Assembly (NCBI RefSeq): GCF_009914755.1
Contig: NC_060928.1
Origin: the human T2T-CHM13v2.0 reference genome, Homo sapiens
Direction: 5' to 3' (one strand)
DNA: 64,000 nucleotides
The position numbers and the translations under genes are program-made. Below, piece after piece: positions 38,792 through 54,900 of this stretch (positions are counted from its first letter, which is position 1; each line of letters opens with the position of its first letter). The notes below the pieces were generated by a model. It saw only the letters and a list, made by a program, of their open reading frames with translations. It was not told where the DNA came from and ran no database searches.

Positions 38792-40986
38792 ATAAAGTAA
38801 GACTTTTTTAAATTTCAATTTTTTTTCCCTCAATCTGGTGAGAATTTTAGAAAATTTCCTCAAATAAGTGAAAATAAATAACTCTAAACCTTAAGTTTGA
38901 ATGTGAAACAATTTCTCAAGCTATTCAAGAAAATACTTTAAATTTCTGATTAGGATACAACATCCATTTCCATGAAATACTAAGTAAGTTAAAAAAATTT
39001 GATACAAATGCTTGATGATAAAAGTAAAAATGTCATTTATTTTATCTATTTTATTTTTGACTATATTTTTACCCTGTAAGGTATAATAGTTTATCTGTTT
39101 TATGTTGTGATCAAAGGTGGAATAATTTTAAAATGAGATTAAAGCATTTATAAAAACTAAATAGGATTACGTTTCCTAGAAGTAAATATAACTTTTATTT
39201 TGAAGTGTAGAAACATCACAACTTTCTTTGGCTGTGAATAATTATAAGGTTATACTAACAAGCCCATTTTAAAAGCAGATTAATTTGAAAATAGACACTT
39301 TTTCTCTACATCAGAGATAGAAATAAACACTTTTGTTGCTACAGTCACAAATCAAGGGGACAAATAAGAACTGTAAAGAAGAAATAACTAAAGGAGAACA
39401 ATGCAAAGAGTACGACAATAAATAAGAATGTTTAATATTTTTAAGAGTATGATTGTATATTGCAACAAACCAGATTCTATATTACCTTGGAAATGCCAGA
39501 GAGAACAGTGTGGTCTCTTTTGGCCATGCTAATTAGCTCTATCAATACCTACTCTAGGCAGCTGGAACCCTCTTGCCTGGGGAATAGCCAGCCTCCTCTA
39601 ATCCAGTAAGGGCTGTAGATGATTCCACTGAATCCTATCTCAGGTGAGTGATTTTTATCTCTTATCTTTGGAGAAGATAAATAAAACAATTCATCCAAAA
39701 GCAGCTTCAGTCTGTGTGTTCATTCCCTTTCTTATAGTCACACCGACTGGCATCTTCTAACTTTAGCTACAGAGACAGAAAGTGAACGTCAAATTTAAAA
39801 AATATACTTAAATGGGTCAAACTATCTGAGAGGTGCCAGATATTTCTGACTGTATGACCAATTTTAACCAAAAGCGTATGTTTTTTAAACATATGGTGAG
39901 TACGCTTTAAACCAAGGGGGAAAAAAACCCAAACCGGGCACAAATGCCTCATCTTTACACTCAAACATCTAATCCAGGTAGACATAGTTTTTATGTATTA
40001 CTTCAGGCTGAAGCTGAAATGACATAGGCATATCTATCAAACTGGCAAAATTTATGCTATTCCCAGTATAACTAACTAAGTTTTCCACACTGAGAATTAC
40101 TAAATGATAGAAGAAAACTTTTTACAACATATAACAAGGAAATTACATGATTAAGCTCTTTAAAAAGCAAACTGAAATATTGTTTTTATTGGCATTTAAA
40201 AAATGTATAGAAAGCCAAGTTTCATTTTTGGTCAATTTGCTTTTCATGTTCTGAGAAACTTTACTTAATTTTTTATATCAATATCAATTTTATAATTACT
40301 ACTCTCCAAAAACATCTCTAAATTTTAATATTTATCCTGTATAGTTCCACTTCTATTTTCAATAATGTCGAAACTTTAGTTTGCTATTTTTGTCAATCCT
40401 TCAAAACCTGCTGTTGTTTTAGAGAAGATAGATAACCTCTAACACCAGGAATTTCACAGTTCAGTGGAAGAGACAGATACTTGATAATTATTATGTAACT
40501 TTGTCAGTGCTATGGGAATTTGAGGTTGAGGTAAATGTAAATTAAAAAGCACAATAAATGCATTGAGGAGAGACCCAAAAGCCATATTAATCCAATTTTG
40601 TAACTTCAACTTAAAATGATTCTTGACTTCCACATTAGTAATACAATAATATCCACATGCTTTGGCATGACATTGAATGACTCCACAATATCCTCTCAAC
40701 CAAGCAGGCCAGCATCATACCCAACAGTTTCCTTGCCCACCCAGCTTTTATATGCCAAATACACTAATATGGTTATTCTCTCCGTAACATACCATAATAT
40801 TTCTTGTACTTTTATATAGATCATGACATATCCTAAAATGCTTTTATCTACCAGTTGGAGTTAGTGGGTACTTTTGTTAATACCCAGTTCAAATAGTTCT
40901 TCTATGATGTTTTCCACCTTTCAAGGCAAGATTTAGCTTAAATAATTTTATTATTTCACTTTTCTTAAGTGATATATACATATATC

Positions 40987-40991
<5 letters not shown>

Positions 40992-41030
<39 letters not shown>
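40992..41030 (+). repeat. (CA)n microsatellite
   Basis: About 19 perfect AC units abutting the Tigger3a end. Confidence 0.95.
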
Positions 41031-41034
<4 letters not shown>

Positions 41035-41297
41035 TGTGTTGCTTAATGACAGGGATATGTTCCAAGAAACGCATCTTGAGAAAATCTCACCATTATTTGA
41101 ACCTCATAGAGTGTAATTACACAAACCTAATGGTACAGTCAACTACACACTCAGGCTATATTGTATAGCCCTATTATTCCTAGGCTACAAACCTGTACAG
41201 CACATTATTATACAGAATACTGTAAGCAATTGTAACACAATTCTATTTGTGCATTTAAAGATATCTAAGCATAGAAATGGTACATTAAAATATGATA

Positions 41298-42386
<1,089 letters not shown>

Positions 42387-43205
42387 AAAAATATAAGCAG
42401 ATACTTCTTAAAAGAAGATATTTATGTGGACAACAAATATATGAAAAAAAGCTCATCATCACTGGTCATTAGAGAAATGCAAATCAAAACCACAATTAGA
42501 TAATATTTCATGCCAGTTAGAATGGCAATCATTAAAAAGTCAGGAAACAACAGATGCTGGAGAGGATGTAGAGAAATAGGAACACTTTTACACTGTTGTT
42601 GGGAGTGTAAATTAGTTCAACCATTGTGGTAGACAGTGTGGCAGTTCCTCAAGGATTGAGAACTAGAAATACCATTTGATCCAGCAGTCTCATTATTCAG
42701 TATATACCCAGAGGATTATAAATCCTTCTACTATAAGGACACATGCATACATATGTTTATTGCAGCACTATTCACAATAGCGAAGACTTGGAACCAACCT
42801 AAATCCCCATCAATGATAGACTGGATAAATAAAATGTGGCACATATACACCATGGAATACTATGCAGCCATAAAAAATGAGTTAATCTCCTTTGCAGGGA
42901 CATGGATGAAGCTGAAAACCATCATTCTCAGCAAACTAACACAGGAACAGAAACCAAACACCACATGTTCTCACTCATAAGTAGAAGCTGAACAATGAGA
43001 ACACATGGACACAAGGTGGGGATCATCATACACCAAGGCCTGTTAGAGGGTGGGGGGCTAGGGGAGGGATAGCATTAGGAGAAATACCTAATGTAGATGG
43101 TGGGTTGATGGGTGCAGCAAATCATCATGTTTTGTGTATACCTATGTAACAAACCTGCATGTTCTGCTCATGTATACCAGAACTTAAAGTATAATAATAA
43201 TAATA
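42387..43205 (+). mobile_element. Non-inverted 3' segment of the same L1PA7
   Basis: ORF2 C-terminus (42753-42980), 3'UTR ggggggctaggggagggatagcattaggagaaatacc, and (AAT)n tail. Confidence 0.92.
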
Positions 43206-44171
43206 AATGATATTATAATCTTATGAGACCACTGTTGTATATCTGGCCTGCTGTTGAGCAAAACATCATTCTGTGATATATGACTGTACATATGAATAAT
43301 ATACTTCAATAGACCTTGCCATATTTAAAGAAATTGTTGTAGAATTATACACAGAATTTGAACTGTAAACTCTGCCATTTACCTAAAACACTGTTGCTTT
43401 ATATGGAATATCTTCTCTGCTAATAATTCACTAATTTTGATCTATCTTTTATTTGGAAGTAGTGCATGCTTATATTCAAAGTATTTTTGAAAAACAGACA
43501 AGTAAATGTAAATGATTGAACAACTGTTGTGCTTATGTGTGTGTTAATTTAAATGTAACCACAACACAACTTATTTTTGTCTCTCACTTTTATTTCAAGC
43601 TGCTCAGTAGGATAAAATTTCCCCTTTCCTCTGAAAAAACTTCTGCCTTCTCTGGTCACTTACCTAATCACTTCTTATATTCTGTACTCAGCTCTCCAAA
43701 ACCATGAGGGAGAAGAAGTCAGAGAATAATGAAGTTCTTCCTTACGTGATGTGCTTCTTATTCCCAAGCTATCTTTGTACTCTGGACCTGGCTGATGTTG
43801 AAAGCAGAGCATTCACATGAGCATTTTCTGGGTTCTTTAGAGGCTCCCCTGCTGGAATCCCTCAATTGTAAGTTTCCAGAAGTTGCTGCTGGTTTTCAGC
43901 AGTTCACTACATGCAGAATCTCTCCATTGAACTTTAAAAAAATGACCCCCAGACTGAAAATTGCTTTGAATAGTTGCATTCTGACACCTTGTATTGGAAC
44001 TTCATATCAGCTGTGTTATGTGTCCATGGTGGAAAATTCCAATTAAACATTAAATTATACATAAGAAAGAAAATGAAGTTGATTTCTAGTTCCAAATGAC
44101 CTACACAGAAATAACAGTTGTATATAGGTTTGCACATACTTTACAAACATTTTTAGGTATGTAGAAACAAT

Positions 44172-44320
44172 GTATACACACACATGCACACACACATTAG
44201 TGCAAATGCTAGTGTATGCATATCCATATGTATTGTATGTGTGTATATAGATATACATATGTGCAAATATATAATGTATATGCATATATGCAGTGGATGT
44301 ATGTGCACATACATCTTCTA

Positions 44321-44353
<33 letters not shown>

Positions 44354-44372
44354 GTGTGTGTATTTCCACATA
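44172..44372. repeat. Degenerate TA/TG/CA low-complexity tract with a (TG)n core
   Basis: Alternating purine-pyrimidine sequence; (TG)n at ~44321-44343. Confidence 0.85.
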
Positions 44373-44626
44373 TAGACATTTGCAACTTGCTTTAATTGCT
44401 TAGAATTTGTGGACATCTTTCCAAGTCTAAATATTAATTTACTTGGGCTGGTGCTTGTTATAGTTATTTTCTTTCTGCTTTTAATTTTGTTTTTTGACAT
44501 TTTAACCAAGCAAACATTAAAAAGAGACCATCTGTTATTTACGCAAACCTTGATTGACCTGCTTAACTAGGAATCACCGGAGCCCGGGTGGACAGATCAT
44601 GACAGTTGTGTTAAGGAGCTCTAATG

Positions 44627-44776
44627 GGCTGAGCATGGTGGCTCGTGCCTGGAATTGCAACCCTTTGGAAGATCTAGATGGAAGGATGCCTTGAGGCCAG
44701 GACTTTGAGACCAGCCAGGTCAGCATAGCAAGCCTCATCTCAAAACAAAACAAAACAAAACAAAACAACAAAAAAA
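44627..44776 (+). mobile_element. FLAM free left Alu monomer
   Basis: Single arm ending gcctcatctc plus (CAAAA)n tail; degenerate TSD aggagctctaatg / aggatcactaatg. Confidence 0.8.
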
Positions 44777-45756
44777 GAGGATCACTAATGAATGACTCTG
44801 GCTGCCACTGTCCTCAGCATGGAAAGGAAACAAAAGTTAATACAATGTGTATTGCTTCATCTTCTCAGTGGCCCCATTGTTCAGAGATGGTGTTAACAAC
44901 CACATACACCATTTTATATCTCTTTAAATTGCTTATGTTGTCATTGCGTAGACATACCATCTGGTTAAAATGAAGATTTTGGTCATTTATATATTACACA
45001 AAATTGTATAAAATATCTTCCTATGCATACACACACATACATACTCATGCATGTATATGTTTTATTTTAAAAGCTGATTGCAGGATTTTTCAAAATACAC
45101 CAATACATAAGTCATGTAAAAATAATCATTTCCAATAATTTAAATGCCTTTGTTAACATTTTGATATGTTTTCTCCCTGTGTTAATAGATAAAATTCACA
45201 CTTTTAATTACTACTTAAATTGGAATTATTTTGGATTTATAACTTTCTGTGCTATCTTTTAATAACACTGAGCTCTTAGATTGTCTCTTAGAATTGCTAT
45301 TACAAATAGGTGAAAGTCTTCCTCACACTATTTGAACTCTGATTTATTTTTCATCATTTAAAAAATGTATAACTAAATAAATAAATTTTACTTGCTTTAA
45401 TTTTGGCATATGTTACTAGATTGAAACAAATTTTATGTCTCTTTGACTTTTCTTATTTCTTAATTCGTGAATGTTCTACTCTCTCTTCCATAACTCTATA
45501 GTTATCTCCCCTATCTTCTGATATTTCCCAGCCTTGTTTTCAGTTGGTACTTTATCTTTGTTTCTACTTTTATATTCTGTTTTTCTCTTACATTGCTGTT
45601 TCTATGTAGTTGGCAATTTCTGAGTCTACTGTAACCCCTGTCAAGGAAGAGAGCTTCTTTCATTTGCTTTTAGGCTCACCATCATCCTTTTGTATGAGAC
45701 AAAATTCACCCTGTATTTTATCCAAGTTTCCAACAATTACCACATACAAATAAGCA

Positions 45757-45770
45757 ACACACACACATAA

Positions 45771-45815
<45 letters not shown>
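45757..45815 (+). repeat. Imperfect (CA)n microsatellite
   Basis: Interrupted CA run. Confidence 0.85.
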
Positions 45816-46199
45816 GAGTCATCTAGCCTATTCCACTTAAGCATTTCCTACAGTGTACTGTTTCCCTTACTGCTAACATAGCTAACTCTTCCTTCTGCAA
45901 ACCCCTAGACATTTCAGTGCCTTCTGCTTGCTACAGGTACTCCATAACCATCAAACCCCCTTTATTCTCATCCTCTACTATGAACAACTGTTCACTTTCT
46001 TGGCTTACACTGATCTAGAATCTACTCTCAAGAGATTAGCACTTACTCCCTCACATATTATATTTTTTAGGTATAGAAGTTAGGGCTAGTATCTCTTTGT
46101 TTCCCATTTTTGCTTCCAGTCTTTTGTTTATTCATCCACAACTAAACCATATTCCTTTCGAGCCTTTCTTTCTGACTCTTTCACCTACTCTTTTCCTTT

Positions 46200-46450
46200 G
46201 TTACTTTGAGTCCTTGCAATTGCTTTTTGTCTTCCTCTGCACCACAATGGGTGATTTCATTATCTATGTGAAGAGCCCAGCCAATACAAGAGCTTCTCAA
46301 TTCCTTGACTGATGCGCCTGTACCAAACTAATCACTCTAGCTTCACTTCAGTTACTCACCTCTGAGTAACAAACTCACTCATTGAAGTTTGTTGTACTCT
46401 GACAGTACTAAAATCACTAAAGAAGCACTTCACTCTAAGATAGATAGATA
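46200..46450 (+). mobile_element. L2 ORF2 endonuclease-domain remnant
   Basis: ORF 46097-46312 ends MGDFIIYVKSPANTRASQFLD, similar to L2 LGDFNIHVDDPSNTLASQFLD. Confidence 0.6.
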
Positions 46451-46644
46451 GATATAACCATGGAGTCCTATTTGTAAAACTAGTTTCAAATACTCCACAA
46501 CTCATTTTCAGCCCATTGATCTCTAAAATATCCACTTAAGCAATTCATCTGTTATACACATATACTCATAGTACCACATATTAATTAGATTTTTAATTTA
46601 GTGGTAATTTCATTCATTTTCATAAGATTTTGCCAATTTTACTC

Positions 46645-46780
46645 TGTCTATGTAAACTCCTTTGTAAACCCCATGAAAGCAGGAGCCCCCTGTCTGCTTT
46701 GTTCACTTTTGTAGTCAGATGCCCATCAATCAAATAGTCTTGGATCTGTTATAGGTACTTATGCATAATTTTGTGAACCA
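46645..46780 (+). mobile_element. L2 3' end fragment
   Basis: tgtaaaccccatgaaagcaggagccccctgtctgctttgttcacttttgtag. Confidence 0.6.
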
Positions 46781-48018
46781 AAAAGGAATAACTTTTACCT
46801 GTTGTTTCATAGAGAACACATTTCTTTTATGTTATTAAGGATGCCAGTTTTGTTTTTCTTAAAACTGATTTTAATGAATAATTTTCTGAAAGATCAGTCT
46901 AAGGATTTCTTGTTTTTTTTGCAATAGACTTGAAGTTGAGTTGTCTTCTCTTTGTTCTTTCTAGAATGAGGAAAGATATATACAGATATTTATGTGCAGT
47001 TTTATGTATGTGTCTGGATTCATCTTCTTGATTATTTTGGAATTCTCCATGCAGCTCTGCAGCCTGGAAGCAGGCTGAGATGCAGAGCTCTTAGGCTAAT
47101 TTCTAGGCCCAGAGGATATTAATCGAGTATAATCCTGATAGACAAGACTCTACCACGTTGCTTGTTTTTCCTAAAGCTTTGTTCAAATGAAAAAATTCTG
47201 CATTGCCCAGAACATTATAAGTGCTTTTTCTGATCTTGCTCCTACCAAGGGAAATTTATTTTTGAAAATCTTTTACTCTAATATGAAGTGTCATTAAATT
47301 TCCTTCCTAATTTTATTAGATATTTTAATCTCTGAATGGATTAATAGAGATAAATAGAAGAAAAAGATAGTTATTTATCTTCCTCACGGTATAGTCTAAG
47401 GCATCATGTACCATAGAACAAGTCCTTACTTTATAACTATAAAAGGTAACTCACAAATCAAGGAGCAAAAAGCAAACAAACCTAATAGAAAACTGCACAA
47501 TGTGTCTGAGAAACTATTTCACAGGAAAACAATTAAAATTATTACTAAACATATGGAAAGACATTTAAGATATGCAAATAAAAGCAATATATGTGGCACC
47601 ATTTAAACTTGTAATACAGTACCAATTTAAACTTTTGGCCATTCATATTTGCATGATGTTCCCTTTGGATTTATTATCTATTCTTTTTTAAATGTCTTTT
47701 ACCCATCAATCAGGTAAATTAGGAATTATTACATTTTCTTTCTGGAAGTGCAATATTTTGGAAAGGGACAAAAATTTCTAAAGTATAATAATATATAAAG
47801 TGGAAAAAGATTTTGCCCCATCAATTAACTTATAGAAAGTTTTTTCCATCAAGTACACCCAATGAAATACTAATACTTATGTGTGATAATGTTCTTTGTA
47901 TCATTTTTAACAAAATTTCAACACAAACAGAATATTTACTAATATAAAAGAGATTAAATAAAAATTTAAATCATAAAAGACAATGGAATACCAAAATGTT
48001 GTGAAAAAGAGTTTGCTA

Positions 48019-48744
48019 GGCAAGGGATAAGAACAGACACTTCTCAAAAGAAGACATTTACGGGGCCAATGAACATGAAAAAAGCTCGAAATCACTGATC
48101 ACCAGATAAATGAAAATCAAAACCACAATGAGATACCATCTCATGCCAGTCAGAATGGCAATTATTAAAAAGTCAGGAAACAATAGATTCTGGCCAGGCT
48201 GTGGAGAAATAGGAATGCTTTTACACTGTTGGTGGGATTATAAATTAGTTCAACCATTGTGGAAAACAGTATGGCAATTCCTCAAGGATCTAGAACCAGA
48301 AATACCACTTGACCGAGCAATCCCATTACTGGGTATGTACCTAAAGGAATATAAATCATTCTACTATAAAGACATATGCACACATATGTTTATTGCAGCA
48401 CTATTTACAATAGCAAAGACATGGAACCAACCCAAGTGCCCATCAATGACAGACTGGATAAAAAAAATGTGGCACATAAACACCATGGAATACTATGCAG
48501 TCATAAAAACGAACGAGATCATGTCCTTTGCAGGGACATGGATGAAGCTGGAAGCCATCATCCTTAGCAAACTAACACAGGAAAAGAAAATCAAACACTG
48601 CATGTTCTGACTCATAAGTGGGAGTTGAACACATGGACACAGAGATGGAAATAGCACACACCAGGGCCTGTTGGGTGGTGGAGGGTGAGGGGAGGGAAAT
48701 TACAAGATGGGTCAATATGTGCGGCAAACCACCATGGCACATGT
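48019..48744 (+). mobile_element. L1PA8-like fragment, truncated at both ends, no poly(A)
   Basis: ORF 48110-48610 is the L1 ORF2 C-terminal domain; 3'UTR ggggagggaaattacaagatgggtcaatatgtgc; flanking repeat gt(g/a)aaaaagagtttg. Confidence 0.9.
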
Positions 48745-49789
48745 GTAAAAAAGAGTTTGATATATACCTATGCTCATAAATAATGCAGGAGTCACGACAG
48801 TATATATGGTCTCATTTCAGTTTCTTGAAGAAGTGTACACACACACAAATGGAACATTTCTGGAAATATATACAAGAAAAGATTAGCAGTTTTTACACCT
48901 GAACAGCATGGCTTGGTAGGCTGGGAAAAAGGACTGTACTTTTCACTTTCCATGATTCAGTATTGTTTAGGTGTGTGTGTGAGTGCACATGCATGCGTAA
49001 TAATAAACTTTTAATACTGTTAGAATGAAAACTGTACATACTATAATATGTAGAAGAAAAAAGAAAATTGAAATGGTAGCAATTGTGCTAAAGGGACAGG
49101 TGTTCATGTTTTCCTTTTGTTTGTTTGTTTGCTTTGGGTAATGTGCACACTGGAAATTTAAGGCTTAGGAAGAACCTTAAATTAGGGTGCCTGGTAAGAA
49201 TAGGGTATTAGAATGACAGGGGAGCCTCATTTACCAGTTGTAATATTAAATTCTGTTGTAGATAGAGAATATACTACTCTGATTTTTGTAATTAATTACC
49301 TCTCTAATTCAGTTTGCTTTATTATGTTTTTGACATGTTCTTGTTTTCATAAATGTTTTAGTAAATACATAGAGGCACAGTATTAGGTAGTGCTATCCAG
49401 ATACCATTTTAGATATAGTTCAATAAAAGTATTAAATTAAATATTATTAAATAGTAACATTTAGATTAAGCGTAGTTTAAGCTTGTTATTGTAGACACCC
49501 TATAACTTGACATATTTAAACATATATTTAGCATTAGGAAGCAAGAGGATGTTCTTTGCCACAGTTCTCACATAATTACCCTTAAGAGGGCACTTATATT
49601 TATATCTTGGCTTCTTAATTTGTAAAATGAAACAGTAACGCTACTCCTATTAACTTCAAATGAGATGACACTTTTGAAAATATGTAATGCCTTCTACAAG
49701 GGCATAGAGATTATTAACAATGCAAACCAGGTTATGTCAGAAAGAGTAGTATAGGAATGCCACAGTCTCCAGTTGTTACATGAACGTTG

Positions 49790-50410
49790 GCAGCATCCTC
49801 TTAAAAGGTGTCCTGATCTCCAGTGCTGCCTCCTACAGGTCATTTCCCACAAAATAATTTACTGATGTATATTTTTCAAATGAGTTACTTTATATCACTT
49901 TTATGCTTACTACCTCCTATTGCTTCCTATCACAGAATGAAATCTCAATTCCACCATAATCTAGATGATTCGATCCAATCTAGACCCTGCCTTACTCCCT
50001 AATCACATACCGTATTCCCTCCATGGCTCTCATGGCTCAAAGCAGCTTAATGTACTTCAAGTACAACAACCTTTTTCAGTGTTCTTCTTTCCACTGCCTG
50101 GAATATTTTCCTCTGGATCTTTGCATTGATATTCCCTCACATTATTTATCTCTGCTTAGAGATCACCTCTTTGATAAATGCTCTATCAAAATAGCCCTGC
50201 TCATCACACATTATCTCTTTACCCTAAGCAATGTTGTATATTTAAGTTTACTTGTTTATTGCCAGAATGATTCTCCCAGCACCTAAGTTACATTTGGGCA
50301 AAGGGTCTACTTTCACTAACTTATACCCAGAGATTAAAGAGGCAAATAATATGTTCATAACACATATTTATTGAAGGAATAGATCAATGAATATTTGAAC
50401 AAATAAATGA
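49790..50410 (+). mobile_element. L2a 3' fragment
   Basis: ttccactgcctggaatattttcctctggatctttgcat...catatttattgaaggaatagatcaatgaat. Confidence 0.65.
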
Positions 50411-51266
50411 TATGTAATATAACAACTATTTACCTGTTATATTTTCACTGTATTTTTACATAAGTTTTTTTGTTTTTCATTTTTCCATCTAATTAATAAA
50501 AATAAGGGTTGCACCTCATTTTAATAATCTATAGCATATCACTTTTATAAACTGATAATTATTGATTCAGGTTTTAATTGAATTAGAAAATTGCAAAGCA
50601 ACGTTTTTCATCTGATTTCCCATCATGACAGCTTGATATGTTTTTATCTTTTTTATAAAGTATTTTTTAAAAATATTGATATGATCAATTTGAAATTGCT
50701 CAGTTTCCCACTAATTATTTCTTGCTACTGGTGCAGCGAAATGGATGATATATGTGTGCTTCCCAGACTAACATAGGTATTCAGGCATATACAATATAGC
50801 ACTTCCTAATGCATCCATTTGTTGTGCTGTGTTAAGATAGCAAAAAGAGGCTACAGCTACCAGGCCCTTGAAGGTTTTCTCTCGTTTCACTTAACAGCTT
50901 TATGTAGGTGCCTGAATACTGGCATCTGGACAATATGTCCCCAAATGAGCTCAGTGTTGCTTTATTAGCATGGTAGAAATAAATTTGAACTGGTGATTTC
51001 TTGTGTCCATTTGGTTTTAGTTTTAGTTTAGCTTAGTTTTGCATTTTATACACACTTGCATTAGTGCTACTATATATACCATATCCAAAGTAATACATTC
51101 TTATGATGCCTAAGTATTTATTTTACTTAAGAAACATGGGTCTGAATAATAGCATTATAAAACACTGGTGAATTAATGAACACATATTTATTTAGATAAA
51201 TAAAATGTATTCAAACAAATAACTATTTGCTATCTATTTGTCTTTTTAAAAATATACCAGGGATTA

Positions 51267-52620
<1,354 letters not shown>

Positions 52621-52622
52621 TA

Positions 52623-52815
52623 TAGGTTAAGTGCTTACAGGTCTTATTTCACTTAATCGTGAAAACAACCCTACAGAATGGGTATAGCTATCTTTATTTT
52701 ATAGGTGAGGTGAGTAGGCCTGAGAAAATTTAGATAACTTTGGCCAATTTACACAGCTGATGAATAACAGAGCCAGGCTATGAACTCATGAATGACTGAA
52801 AGCCCGTAGGGTGCT
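52623..52815 (-). mobile_element. MIR (main part; its 3' end lies left of Tigger4 at ~51215-51264)
   Basis: ttaagtgcttacaggtcttatttcacttaatcgtgaaaacaaccct...ttttataggtgagg...acacagctgatgaataacagagccagg. Confidence 0.7.
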
Positions 52816-54544
52816 CCCTGTCACCACTGTGTAGTCTTGGAAAAATCACTTAGCTTCTCTGAGCCCAGGGTTACACATCAATAAAATGCAATATTTTTTA
52901 TCTTTCTTAACTATTCCTGTATAAGGCTGGGCACTAGAAATCTTGTCCAGCATAGGCTTCTTCCCCTAGCTTGAATCTTATGCAATGTTGTGTTACCTTT
53001 CCTTTTTTTGTGTGTTTAGGAACATAATAAAGAAACAATTTCAACACTTAAAAACTAAGAAAACTTTAAAAATAAGTGATTTATTACATTTAACTAAAAA
53101 TATTCTCAGAAAACTAAAGGAATACAACATGTATCAGGTAGGAGAGACCACTTTACGGCTTTCACCATTCACATTCCTCTTGGAGTATTTTGCCGCCTTT
53201 GATGACCTGTCATTCTGCATAGAGAAGAATATAACATGGGGAAAAGGATTCTGAAGGTGAAGTGACAGAAGGTACCTGCATAGTCCCTAATCTGAATAAC
53301 TTCATGAATTTTTGTTGTTTCTTTGTTTCTGAAAGTTTCTGAAGCATTGGGAAGCTGCCATCTAAAATGACCAGTTGCACATTTGTCAGGTTAAATATGT
53401 TATATGATGGATTATCCAATTGCTAGTAAGCAAGAAAGGGGCAAAGAAGTCAGTGATTGGGCCCATTTCATGTATGGTTTCCATTGTTATGTTGATTGAC
53501 AACTCAAATAAAAATGGATGTTTAGATTAAAACTTCAGTTCAAAGGACTGAAATGTTAAAACAAAAACTCTCCTATCTACCTGTAAAGAAACAACTGAAG
53601 CAAGCTTGGGTGTCAAACTAGGAAATGGTAAGGACTGTAGTGAACTGAAGTGCATACAGCCTGCCAAATCAGCCACAAATAATTTCCAACTGATTTTTGT
53701 CAGAAAAGAATGTGGGTACAGATTTGCCAAATCTTTTTATTGTTCAAGAGAAAGCAAGAATTTGAATATTAATCCAAACATTAATCTGAGTTATTTTAAT
53801 TTTCAAAGGCTAGTCACAAATTAAAATATTGTGAAAAATATTGTAGAAGAATAAAAAAGGAAAGAAAGAAATTACATCCAGTAAAAATTCAGTCTTCTGG
53901 TCACTAACTTGAAAATGCTGGGGTAAAGAATAAAATCTTCTGTCCCTCAATTTTACTAAGATATTTTTTCAGTGTTTATTTGGATAAATAACTGTAGCCA
54001 TTTATCCAAATCAAAGCCTAATATATTGGCTCAAAGTTGTACAGCAACTTGGGGTTTTAGGATGACGTGTATAACACTGTAAGGCTGGGTATGCCTGCAG
54101 AACCTAAATATATGCAACATATCTTGTGGACCTGTATATTAATGTACCTGGATTTTGTAAGAATTAAAGAAGATAGTAATTTTAAATCAGCTATTAAATT
54201 TATTGTAGGAGAAGCTAGATATATAGAAGTTGCTATAGTATTTTTATAGTCATTTACTAAAGTATTATAATTATTAACTAACAAAGTCATTGTATTGAGT
54301 ACTTAAAAAAATCAAATCCTACCTAGAAGACAGGAAGAACAGTTATTATTTTGATCTGTACTTTATCAGATGAAGAAAGAGAGACTTAGGATGTGTGGAA
54401 GAAAGATGAGGGAGATACAGAAAGACAGACAGACAGACAGACACAAACATACATACGAGAGAGAGAGATTTACTCAAGATTAAAAAGAATTAGACTTTGA
54501 TCTAGATTATCTGATTCAAGGATTCAGACATTGTTGAAATATTC

Positions 54545-54900
54545 TTGTGTCAGCTCTGACATGTAAAAAGCTAGGAAATTCTCACTTCCATTTTTGCAAA
54601 AAAAAAAAAGCTGAATAAAGTAGAAATCAACAACTTTTCAGAGATCAGTCACAGAAGTCAGGTTGCAGGGCAAACCACCAGTGTGAATTTGGAGAGAGAA
54701 TGAAGTCAGATCCACAACTGAGATCTGCTTATTGGTAGCAGAAGCCACTGAAGCCAAAACTTAGATGTAATTTTGATGGACTTCTGGAGGCTATGCATAT
54801 GCTAGCATGAGAGTAAGAAACTCCTGGAGTCCTCACACTAAGGGAGTATCCCAGATACGATTTTTACCCTTCAAAAACCTCAAAGCACCTCATGACAAAG
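54545..54900 (+). mobile_element. Old L1M (L1MC/MD-type) 5' region fragment
   Basis: cagctctgacatgtaaaaagctagg...ggttgcagggcaaaccacc...gagatctgcttattggtagcagaagccactg. Confidence 0.55.

Noticed and set aside
44055-44509. His/Thr/Val/Cys-rich ORFs
   Set aside because: They are translations of TA/TG/CA microsatellite sequence.
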